Positions 50,428 to 59,113 of a DNA stretch of 64,000 nucleotides are shown in pieces. The notes beneath the pieces are model-generated. The model ran no database searches. It was not told the origin of the DNA and saw only the letters and a list, made by a program, of their open reading frames with translations. The stretch spans positions 960,001 to 1,024,000 of the forward strand of contig OY970368.1 in the NCBI GenBank assembly GCA_963718615.1, written 5' to 3'. The DNA comes from an uncultured cyanobacterium (lineage in GTDB: Bacteria; Cyanobacteriota; Cyanobacteriia; PCC-9006; JAAUQQ01). A program made the position numbers and the translations under genes. Numbering within the stretch: position 1 is the stretch's first letter; each line of letters begins with the position of its first letter.

Positions 50428-52333
50428 TGTCTATCTCATGAGTAACAAATGCTAGTAAACTGTGAATCTCATCATTATCAGACTCTATATCTAATGCCTT
50501 TCTGAGTTGCTCCTTTGCTAGTTCAAACTCTTTTTGCAGTCTCAAATCTCGACCGTACCCTAACAGTGCTTGAATATAGTTTTCTTTAGTTCGTACTGAA
50601 TCAATCTGAAATCCCCTTGCATAAAGTGCTGACGCTTTACCAAAATCCTCAATCTCTAAGCACGCTGCTGCCATATTAAGTAGAGCACTAAAATGATTGG
50701 GGTTTAAATCTAGTACCTGACTGTATAGATCAAGCGTAGTTGTCATCTCACCCTTCTGATGCAACTCCATTGCTCCTTGATAAATACGATTAGCCTCTGG
50801 CTCCAACTTCTCCAACTCTCTTATTTCCTGGCGGAGTGGATAACGTTTGATTAACCAACGGCGGACAAGTTCAATTTTTACTTTATATGCGGGTGCTTTG
50901 GAATCTTTTATAAAATCTAGGAAATTCCATTCAACCAGTCGTTTTTCAGCATCAACTAATGGTTTAGTCCGAACAACTCCATATCCCTCCAACAACTCTA
51001 GTGGTAGAACTAATTTAGATTCTACTCTGGGTAGCCCAAGTGTTAGAACCTGTCCCACACGAACGTGCTGTAATTCTGTACTGACTACAACTGCCCCTAG
51101 TCTTGGATCATAGGAAGCGATCCAGGCTGTAGAGGGTAACTCACGCATCAGATAGCTATATAACCAGGTTGGAGCACGACCCGTAATGACTATTCCAATG
51201 TTCGTATCAATCTCTTCAGGTAGCTCTAGATTTACGAGATCCTGCGGCTCGATAACCCCACTTTCAGAGAGAAGTTCTATGGTTAACCACTGATATCTTA
51301 AACCTTCATAATCTTGCTGTTCACTTAATTGAAAGCGAACTGAGGCATTAGATGTTTGACTAATGTTACTTTGAATATCTAAATCACTGACTTCTTTGTT
51401 GGCTTTCTTTTGAGCTTCTGCTACAGCCGAAAAGACAACCCGTTCAGGAATGGGCAACCCATCTCGAAACCATGCTAAACCCGCTTCACCAATCTCAATT
51501 GCTCTATCTACAATTCTTTCTACATTTTCACAAATAATTTTCCAGCTTTGTTGCTCTCGTGCGTATCCAAAAAGCGTAAAACATATTAATTGTGTAAAGT
51601 AAGGATGTCCTGCTGAGAGGTTAAGAATTGCTTGTATAGCTGCTGAATCGTACTCTAATATTTCTTTAGCAGGTTCAACAATTAAACGCTTCGCACTCGT
51701 TTCATCAAGCAAACCAATCTCTTGACTAGGCGCTTCTTTGAATAAACTGAGTAACTTTGGCATGTCATCCAGTCGTCGTCCCACAACCGGAATGAGAAAA
51801 AGTTGTTTCTGTCGATGAATGATTGACTGTAAGTAGGGAAAAAAGTGTTCAACTGCTGTCTCTGGGTTATAGCTACTTAAGACATCAAACTCATCCATTA
51901 ACAAGACTAAGTTTCTGCCTCGCAATGCTTCATAAACTTGAGACAGAAAAATGCGAGAGAAAGCACTTGAATCTTCTTTCAGTTCCGTTGCTGAAGGTAA
52001 TGTTATCTCTTCTAATGGCAGTTCAAGTTGATCGACAATTTCCATAGCAAGATAGTGCAACACATCACTAAGAGGTGTTTTGCTTCTATCTTGAAGATCA
52101 AAGAGTACAAAAGAAAACTCGTTCAATCCGACACACCTTGGAATTTGAGAGAGTACAGAAGATTTGCCAATACGCCGTTGACCATGCAGCAAAATAACTT
52201 TTGCACCTGACTTCAGATTATCCTTAACGAATTGAAATAAATTTTCTCGCCCAAAAAACAGATCTGGCTTGTCGATCGGACTGCCAATGTCATAAGGATT
52301 TCTCCGAGATTGTGGAGACATCATAATCATCAA
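50420..52333 (-). CDS. STAND-like ATPase with inserted Csx3/Crn3-like domain and C-terminal TPRs
   Basis: NPY...FFGRE, GQRRIGKSS, LLMDEFD, GHPY; GIVITGRAPTWLY...YDPRLGAVVV; TPR helices. Confidence 0.8.
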   Translation of the reverse strand: MMIMMSPQSRRNPYDIGSPIDKPDLFFGRENLFQFVKDNLKSGAKVILLHGQRRIGKSSVLSQIPRCVGLNEFSFVLFDLQDRSKTPLSDVLHYLAMEIVDQLELPLEEITLPSATELKEDSSAFSRIFLSQVYEALRGRNLVLLMDEFDVLSSYNPETAVEHFFPYLQSIIHRQKQLFLIPVVGRRLDDMPKLLSLFKEAPSQEIGLLDETSAKRLIVEPAKEILEYDSAAIQAILNLSAGHPYFTQLICFTLFGYAREQQSWKIICENVERIVDRAIEIGEAGLAWFRDGLPIPERVVFSAVAEAQKKANKEVSDLDIQSNISQTSNASVRFQLSEQQDYEGLRYQWLTIELLSESGVIEPQDLVNLELPEEIDTNIGIVITGRAPTWLYSYLMRELPSTAWIASYDPRLGAVVVSTELQHVRVGQVLTLGLPRVESKLVLPLELLEGYGVVRTKPLVDAEKRLVEWNFLDFIKDSKAPAYKVKIELVRRWLIKRYPLRQEIRELEKLEPEANRIYQGAMELHQKGEMTTTLDLYSQVLDLNPNHFSALLNMAAACLEIEDFGKASALYARGFQIDSVRTKENYIQALLGYGRDLRLQKEFELAKEQLRKALDIESDNDEIHSLLAFVTHEIDNG

Positions 52334-52408
52334 TCCTGAGCCATGAGATCGAAGAGAAGACAGTAAAACAACTATAAGTAGAACACGTACTCTATACTCA
52401 ACAAGCAG

Positions 52409-53707
52409 CTAACCTGACACAAACCCTTTGGGAATGGCACTAACTAGCTTGCTAACCCATTCAATAACAGAGGGCACTTCGTCCTTATGCTGCCACAAAT
52501 ATCGAATCCCAGTTTTAACTTGCTCTGCTTGCTTGCTGCTCATTAGGTTGAGAAAAACCTTTTGGCGTTGTTGAAGTTCCTCCTCGTTGCTATTCTCGAT
52601 TTCTTTAATTACCCACCACTCCATCATTGACGAGGCAAATGCATAATTTGGTCTGCCCTGTTGCATAGTTCGGATAATTACTCCCCGTTGTTCCAAATCT
52701 GTCAATTCACGCTCTCGTTGACTAAAGACGATGCTGATGTCGCCCAAGTCATAATTCTTACGCTGTAAACGACCTTTTAGATTAGATAGAGCAATCAACA
52801 TTAGAAGTGTCTGTTCCTCCTGATTTGACATTTCCCAGGTTTGTTGGAAAAATTGTTCAGTTGCACTCAGGAAGTCTCGCGTGAATGCTTCAGGATCGGG
52901 CATCTGCCCAGTATGGAGTTTGTCATATAAAAGATAACCAGCATGTTGAATCAGTGCTGGATGTCCATCAGTAATTTCTCGAATCCCCTCCCGCAGTGCC
53001 GTTGTCATTGGCATACAACCTAATAAAGTATCAATTTCACTATCAGTAAATGGTTTGAGAGGTTGAAATAGGTAGTGATTATACCACGGAGACTTATCTG
53101 GCGAGAGCTTGGGTCCAAGTTCGTTGAGCCGACGAAATGAAGTCACGATCATTGAGAGACAACCTTTACTCTGAACTGCCAGGTTACGAGTCTCGCTCAG
53201 GAATATCTCTATGCTGCTCTCCTTATACTGATCATGCGGACGGAAAGCAGCATCATAGTTATCTAGCAGCAGCAGTAGAAACTTATTTTGTTTTCCTATT
53301 TGCTTCAAGAACTGACGTAAGTCATCCTTTGTTGCTTCAGCCTTCCTAAGGGATTGGTCGATCCCAGTTTGTAAAAGGTCATCATCAACAAGTTCGTCCT
53401 TGATCAAGCTTAGGATCTCTCGCCAGAAGGTAGCTGGTAGAAAGGGCATTATGCCCAAGCAGTCCAGGTAGATAATGATAGATTCAGAATGTTCACATCC
53501 ATAGTGTTGCCAAACTTGAGGAGAAATCAGCAGTTCCAAAAAAGATGACTTACCCATCCCCGCTCCACCCCAGATGGCTAAACTGCTACGACTAGCGATT
53601 CGATCAAAAGCAATACCAATTTCAGATGCCCATCCGACAAAGCTTTCTGAAGAAACTAACTTTCCAGGAGAAAAGGGATTTTTTGACATGGCATTCGCTG
53701 AGTCCAA
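52409..53707 (-). CDS. STAND-like P-loop NTPase
   Basis: NPF, GGAGMGKSS, LLLLDNYD, GHPALIQ. Confidence 0.8.
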   Translation of the reverse strand: MDSANAMSKNPFSPGKLVSSESFVGWASEIGIAFDRIASRSSLAIWGGAGMGKSSFLELLISPQVWQHYGCEHSESIIIYLDCLGIMPFLPATFWREILSLIKDELVDDDLLQTGIDQSLRKAEATKDDLRQFLKQIGKQNKFLLLLLDNYDAAFRPHDQYKESSIEIFLSETRNLAVQSKGCLSMIVTSFRRLNELGPKLSPDKSPWYNHYLFQPLKPFTDSEIDTLLGCMPMTTALREGIREITDGHPALIQHAGYLLYDKLHTGQMPDPEAFTRDFLSATEQFFQQTWEMSNQEEQTLLMLIALSNLKGRLQRKNYDLGDISIVFSQRERELTDLEQRGVIIRTMQQGRPNYAFASSMMEWWVIKEIENSNEEELQQRQKVFLNLMSSKQAEQVKTGIRYLWQHKDEVPSVIEWVSKLVSAIPKGFVSG

Positions 53708-53900
53708 AGGTCTTGATTAGGAGTTTTCCTTTGACTAGCTTAGCCCCACTGATACTTTTTGAGTACTACTCCTACAAATAACGAGAAGCAGCCCAACGTC
53801 GTAGCTGAGCCGCACCCGTCAATCTGCCAATACTGGCGACAACGTCGTCAGGACGGCTCGCTGAGATGTGAATGCTGTCGTGTCGGCTCCAGCGCAGTGT

Positions 53901-54370
53901 GTACGCCCAGCATGGGCGTGAGCTAATGGGGTGAAAGTCCCCTGTGGGAGAACCAGCCATCCAAATGCTCGTATTAATTGGAGCCGAGAGATGGACAACC
54001 ACTAGCCTAAGGCAAGGGCGTCTTCGCGAGAAGGGGTCGGTCGGAAACCAGACTTTTGGATTGCGTCTGCTTTCGGGTAAGTCGCTTTTCTAGGCTCTGT
54101 TTCACCGTGGGAACTCCCTATTAGCGCCAGTGTCACTTGCAATGAGTTTCTGATTGCGCCCAGCTCCTAGCTTCGATCTCCCGAATTCCGAGTCGGGTCA
54201 TCGTGGGCAGATCAGGAGTCACATCCGAGTTTGATGGAAGGGACTTTCACCCTCATCAAGAGGACAGTTCAGCTCTTGAGAGTGCTTCATGTTTGGAAGC
54301 CAAGCTGGCAGAGTTATTTATGGGCTTGCACCGTTATTCATCTGCAACGAATCGCACCCCCTATCCCGAT
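53901..54370 (+). mobile_element. Internally deleted group IIC intron
   Basis: 5' gtacgcccagcatgggcgtg...gggtgaaagtccc; 3' ctatcccgat. Confidence 0.85.
54040..54357 (-). mobile_element. 5' fragment of a second (IIB-like) group II intron nested antisense
   Basis: Minus strand starts GTGCGATTCGTT and contains gggtgaaagtccc. Confidence 0.7.
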
Positions 54371-54406
54371 TAGGTGTTGCTTAGATGTCACTTATCTAAG
54401 AACACT

Positions 54407-55234
54407 TTAAACATTTGCTTGCTGTAAAAGCTTTAAAATAGAAGTTGAACGGGTCATATAGGAAAGCCCAGTATGATGAAACATTGGTGGCACAGATGTT
54501 TCATCCCAAAAATGACCAGACATGATTCCCGCAAGCAATGCAGGTCGCCAAGTCGGATCGTCTATATCCCCGCCAGGACGAAATCCTCTCGCTGGCAAAA
54601 AGACCGGGCTACCACTTGATCCAGAAAAAGACAATCCTGATACAAGAATTATATCGTCTGTCTTTATTTGGTCGTTAGTGAATGATATCTGTGGCAGAGA
54701 AGCTACTGTACATTGACGGGCTACAGGAAGTTTCCATTTTTCATCCCACCAGTGCCGGCCATTCTTCCCTGGAAAACCGATAAAGAAGGATGTTTCCATC
54801 GGTCCAATAATTAGACTATTGGCAAAGTTTTTCTCATCAATAAGGTTTTCAAACTTAAGAATTTCTCTATTTGGATCGAATGGGGTTTCTTCATGGAATA
54901 CAGGTTCAACAAGAATAGAGCAGTCAGAAGATGGGGAAGAGAATAAACAACTTTCTATATTTGCCACATCAAAGAAATCTGTATTCTCTGCAGGCTGGTT
55001 TGATTCATAATATCGTAACTCTATAGAAATCCTATCGAGCTTTAATCCTGGCTTGTCGGGGAATCTTATAGATGGATCAACATTATGTTTGTTGGTGACA
55101 AAAATATTCTTTCCAGTCTGGGAAATCATCCAAAATCCAGTACCACAACCAGATTTTTCGTTTCCTATATCATCCGTAAAATTTACTTTGATGCGGTGGA
55201 TCATCCAAAAAATCTTTGGGTTAAGACCAAGCAT
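54407..55234 (-). CDS. Trypsin-like serine protease (cassette A)
   Basis: GTGF, VTNKH, SDCSIL, SGSSGSPVF catalytic triad motifs. Confidence 0.85.
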   Translation of the reverse strand: MLGLNPKIFWMIHRIKVNFTDDIGNEKSGCGTGFWMISQTGKNIFVTNKHNVDPSIRFPDKPGLKLDRISIELRYYESNQPAENTDFFDVANIESCLFSSPSSDCSILVEPVFHEETPFDPNREILKFENLIDEKNFANSLIIGPMETSFFIGFPGKNGRHWWDEKWKLPVARQCTVASLPQISFTNDQIKTDDIILVSGLSFSGSSGSPVFLPARGFRPGGDIDDPTWRPALLAGIMSGHFWDETSVPPMFHHTGLSYMTRSTSILKLLQQANV

Positions 55235-55298
55235 ATGGCTGTTCTCAAACTTATTTATCTAAAAAACTAGGTTAGATCTAATACTTGTTGAACTGACT

Positions 55299-55545
55299 AC
55301 ACCTAACAATTTATTCTCATGCACGATGCCTGATAACTCCCTCCTCTCGCTATTCTCAAGTATCAGCGCCGTATAATCCCCAGCCATGACCTATTACCCA
55401 TGCAATTATGCTGGATAACATCCCTGGTTAGGTATTATCAGGCAACGCCGCATGATAACAACCCATTTCCAGGCATTATCCCCGCACAGCCGCCGGATAA
55501 CATCCCTGAGCAGGTATTATCAGGCATGTCTCAGTATAATCATCC
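55299..55545 (-). other. attI-like site with about 41-bp periodic repeats
   Basis: Minus strand ...gaataaatt-GTTAGGT; repeats GGATAACATCCCTG...GGTATTATCAGGCA at 55413 and 55495. Confidence 0.55.
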
Positions 55546-55717
55546 CCTTTGAGTCAGCGTAGAAAATTACAAAATCTTCACCCCCGAGTCAGGGAATCCA
55601 AAGGCTTCAGCCTCGCTTTCCATGCAAACCCAGCCGCCCCAGACACTGTCCCAAAACTGACTCTAGCCAGGGATGCTTCTGTGACATTACACCCATGACG
55701 ACTCCCCGATTCATTGG

Positions 55718-57205
55718 CTACGCCCCCAAAACCGCCTCACCCTGCCGATACAGCTCCCGCGCATAATCCGTCCATTGTCCCTGGCCCCAGTAGCGAAAAC
55801 AGCTAGTTTCTAACAACAGCACATACAAAAGCGCCGCTTGATAATCCGAACGCTGCGTCATCGCAGGATCAGCCGCCACGAGGGCGTCGTATTTTTGATG
55901 AAACTGAATGCTCAAGCGCTGCATCGGTTCAAGGACGTTTTCATAACCCTGGACCCAGCTCAGATCATTCGTCCAGGATGCCCCGTCGAGGTGAAATTGG
56001 GGGTCTGTGTCGCGCAGGTGCTGGATGGCGATCGCCACCCCCTCCGGCGTCACAGAGTCTGTCCCCAGGTGCTGCCAAATCCTATGCTGATGCACCGCCT
56101 GACAGACAGGATAATCCTCAGGCTTAGCGCCTAGGGCTTCAATCAACTCCAAATATTCCGTCCCATTCATCGCCACCGTTCCCGCAGCATTGCCCCCCCC
56201 ATCCCGAATTTCGTGATACACCCGGAAGAGATCACGGGGATACTCGTTCATCATCACACCGCCGTTTTCACCATCCGCAATCTGAGACACCAGCGACGGA
56301 ACTTCAACCTCGCCTAACCGCTGACGGCCCCAGCCCTTGGCTTCAAAATAGGGCTGCATCTGAGCCACTAGCTTGGTGTCCGATCCCTGGGTTTTAATTA
56401 ACGCCGTGATGCTGATACTTTCTCCTTGAGCGTTGCGAGCCACTAAACGGTTGGGCAAATACTTGTCAGATTGATGCAAGCCCGAGCCATCTAGCCGCTC
56501 AACGGAATGCTCTTGCACCAACAACCAGCGATAGCCACAGTCCTTCAGGGCTTTGATATATTCATACAAAACATCGGGATGATTGGGCAAATGCATCTCC
56601 GGCGGCGAAAAGCCCTTGACCCGAGCCAGGGCTGCGGTGCCAAAGGTTGCCGCAAACTGGTGCTGCCAAGCCTGAATATGAAGCTTCAGATCCGGCACTG
56701 GCGTTGAAGGAACAACCGCATGGCTCCACATCGTCCCCAACCATTCCACCTGGAGCTGATAGCGCTGATCGCAGGCAATTCGCCGCAGCTTGTCGAGAAT
56801 GTCTTGCCGCTGCATCTGTTCCAACGCCCAAAGCAAATTGCCCGAATAGTCGAGCATAATGCGGGGATTACAGCCCTGGTCAATCAGTGCGGGGATAAAG
56901 TCCCCCATGCGTCCATAGCAATCTGCAAAGACCCCGGCGTTGTGATTGTCGCCATCGTGGGGATGCTCGAACATGTGTTGCAAATTGGAAATCAACGCAC
57001 CTTCAGGACCCGCCGGAATCGTCGGCTGATGCATATGCAGCGCGCAAGCGAAGCCAGACTGGAGGCGATCGCCCTCTAAATTCGTCCTCCCCAGAAACAC
57101 TGGCTCCGTTCCCTGAACCCAATCCCGCAACTCCGCCTCTCGGCCCGCAATGGGGGGCAAGGATTGACACAGGGCCGGCAACTGAGATGTAGTTTCAGCA
57201 ATCAT
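55718..57205 (-). CDS. Glycoside hydrolase family 57 protein
   Basis: ALHMHQP, FSPPEMHLP, IADGENGG, ETSCFRYWG. Confidence 0.88.
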   Translation of the reverse strand: MIAETTSQLPALCQSLPPIAGREAELRDWVQGTEPVFLGRTNLEGDRLQSGFACALHMHQPTIPAGPEGALISNLQHMFEHPHDGDNHNAGVFADCYGRMGDFIPALIDQGCNPRIMLDYSGNLLWALEQMQRQDILDKLRRIACDQRYQLQVEWLGTMWSHAVVPSTPVPDLKLHIQAWQHQFAATFGTAALARVKGFSPPEMHLPNHPDVLYEYIKALKDCGYRWLLVQEHSVERLDGSGLHQSDKYLPNRLVARNAQGESISITALIKTQGSDTKLVAQMQPYFEAKGWGRQRLGEVEVPSLVSQIADGENGGVMMNEYPRDLFRVYHEIRDGGGNAAGTVAMNGTEYLELIEALGAKPEDYPVCQAVHQHRIWQHLGTDSVTPEGVAIAIQHLRDTDPQFHLDGASWTNDLSWVQGYENVLEPMQRLSIQFHQKYDALVAADPAMTQRSDYQAALLYVLLLETSCFRYWGQGQWTDYARELYRQGEAVLGA

Positions 57206-57225
57206 AGACAGGTCCAGGTAGATGT

Positions 57226-57525
57226 TCAGAGGAAGCGACGTTCCATAAAATCGACGATCGGCACCAGAGGGTCAGACACTAGCCCAACCCCCGCAAAGCC
57301 CCAGCGATCGATCAAGGGCTTGAGCTGCGCCACGGCATTATGTTCGACGGCAAAGCGATCGCTCAATCCCGCCGCATGGGCATTGAGATAGCTTAAGGCT
57401 TCATGGTCTTGATGAAACAGCAACAGGTAGCGCTGGAGGGGCTCATCTGCCGTCTTCGCCGGTTGCCGCGCCGTCAAAAACTCGCCCGTTTGTCGCGATC
57501 GGATGACATAATAGCTGCCCTCCAT
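57226..57525 (-). CDS. Conserved cyanobacterial hypothetical protein
   Basis: YLLLFHQDHEALSYLN...RWGFAGVGLVSDPL. Confidence 0.7.
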   Translation of the reverse strand: MEGSYYVIRSRQTGEFLTARQPAKTADEPLQRYLLLFHQDHEALSYLNAHAAGLSDRFAVEHNAVAQLKPLIDRWGFAGVGLVSDPLVPIVDFMERRFL

Positions 57526-57569
57526 TAAAGACTCCTCGTAACGGTTCGTGGGCTGAGGGTTGGCACAAT

Positions 57570-58535
57570 CTATCCCCGAGTCAATTCCGCCAGGGCCGTT
57601 TCTGGCTCCTGAAACATCGGCGTACTGAGATAGCGTTCGCCAAAGCTCGGCTGAATCATCACAATCAACTTATTCTGATTTTCCGGACGCTTCGCCACTT
57701 GAATGGCCGCACAGAGCGCCGCGCCAGCGGAAATTCCCGACAACAGACCTTCCTCTCGGGCCAACCGACGACCGTAGGCGATCGCCTGCTCATCACTCAC
57801 CCCGATCACCTCATCCAGTAACTCAGGCCGCAACACCGCCGGCACAAACCCCGCTCCAATGCCTTGAATTTTGTGAGGGCCAGGACGTCCGCCGGAAAGC
57901 ACAGGGCTGTTCGTAGGTTCAACGGCGATCGCCTGAAATCCCGGTTTCCGCGCCTTCAAGACCTCAGCCACGCCCGTAATCGTACCGCCCGTCCCAACCC
58001 CCGCGACCAAAATATCAACTTGGCCATCACTATCCTGCCAAATCTCCTCGGCGGTGGTTTCCCGGTGAATTTTGGGGTTGGCCGGATTCTGAAACTGTTG
58101 CAGCATAAATGCATCCGGCAGGCTTTCCACAATCGTCTGGGCTCGCTGAATACAGCCCGACATCCCCTCCACACCGGGCGTCAGCTCAAGCTCCGCGCCA
58201 TAGGCCCGCAACATCGACCGACGCTCTGAGCTCATCGTATCCGGCATGGTCAAAATCAGCCGATAGCCCTTAGCTGCCGAAGCCATCGCCAAGGCAATCC
58301 CTGTGTTGCCTGAGGTTGGTTCTACAAGTACGGTTTTGCCGGGTGTAATTAGACCGTCGCGTTCCGCTTGCTCAATCATGCTGATGCCAATGCGATCCTT
58401 TACCGAAGAAGAGGGATTCATACTTTCCATCTTCACGATAATCTGAGCAACGCACCCCTCTGCAACGGGGATTCGATTGAGGCGCACAAGGGGAGTACGG
58501 CCAATAAGCTGCGTGATGTTGTCGGCAATCCGCAT
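57570..58535 (-). CDS. cysK: Cysteine synthase A
   Basis: [35 protein letters not shown]. Confidence 0.96.
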   Translation of the reverse strand: MRIADNITQLIGRTPLVRLNRIPVAEGCVAQIIVKMESMNPSSSVKDRIGISMIEQAERDGLITPGKTVLVEPTSGNTGIALAMASAAKGYRLILTMPDTMSSERRSMLRAYGAELELTPGVEGMSGCIQRAQTIVESLPDAFMLQQFQNPANPKIHRETTAEEIWQDSDGQVDILVAGVGTGGTITGVAEVLKARKPGFQAIAVEPTNSPVLSGGRPGPHKIQGIGAGFVPAVLRPELLDEVIGVSDEQAIAYGRRLAREEGLLSGISAGAALCAAIQVAKRPENQNKLIVMIQPSFGERYLSTPMFQEPETALAELTRG

Positions 58536-58601
58536 GGTAAATTCCTCGCTTTATCTCCTCAATGGTAAGGGGTCAGGGTCAGCGCGATCGCACCCCTGTC
58601 G

Positions 58602-59039
58602 TCAGATGTAATACATCAAATCGAGTTGTTGTTGGGCATCTCGGCGTTCTGCCAAATCCTGAAGGGTGTATCCCTGCAAAACTGCTTCCTTCGCCTGTCG
58701 AGCCTCCTGCCAAACTTCGAGGATGACTCCACCCTCTGTGGTTTTGGGACTATCTTTGACCTCTCCCACCGACGGCTCAGAGCCCTCAATACATTTAACA
58801 ATTTCCAGCAGCGTAATCTGCCAAGGTTCACGCTTGAGTAAATAGCCCCCCTTGGCACCCCGCTGGCTACGGACAAAACCGGCCCGCCGCAGCGCTGCGA
58901 GCAGTTGTTCCAGATAGCGATCGGGAATGTCTTGCTTGGCTGCAATTTGGCGAATTTGCAAGGGCTCTCCTCCACGGTAATGGGAGGCTAGCTCTAACAA
59001 CGCCAACAAGGCATATGCAGTTTTACAGGAAAGTTCCAC
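58602..59039 (-). CDS. Rrf2 family regulator (CymR-like)
   Basis: YLEQLL...SQRGAKGGYLL, C-terminal MYYI; upstream of cysK. Confidence 0.9.
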   Translation of the reverse strand: MELSCKTAYALLALLELASHYRGGEPLQIRQIAAKQDIPDRYLEQLLAALRRAGFVRSQRGAKGGYLLKREPWQITLLEIVKCIEGSEPSVGEVKDSPKTTEGGVILEVWQEARQAKEAVLQGYTLQDLAERRDAQQQLDLMYYI

Positions 59040-59113
59040 CGTTCCACACAGTCATCGACTAGGGTGCTCCTAGTATATCCCGGTTCTCCACTTGGGTTTG
59101 CGGGATTCCCCGT

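Larger units (their letters stand above)
53791..54375 (-). other. Integron attC site (about 115 bp) interrupted by intron sequence at 53901-54370
   Basis: Reconstituted minus strand ACCTAAC-actgcgctggagccgac...gcggctcagctacgac-GTTGGGC. Confidence 0.88.

Noticed and set aside
53772-54002. 76-aa ORF
   Set aside because: Spurious reading across the attC and the intron 5' end.
55330-55545. Possible CRISPR array
   Set aside because: Units are degenerate tandem repeats of about 41 bp without unique spacers; no cas genes nearby.
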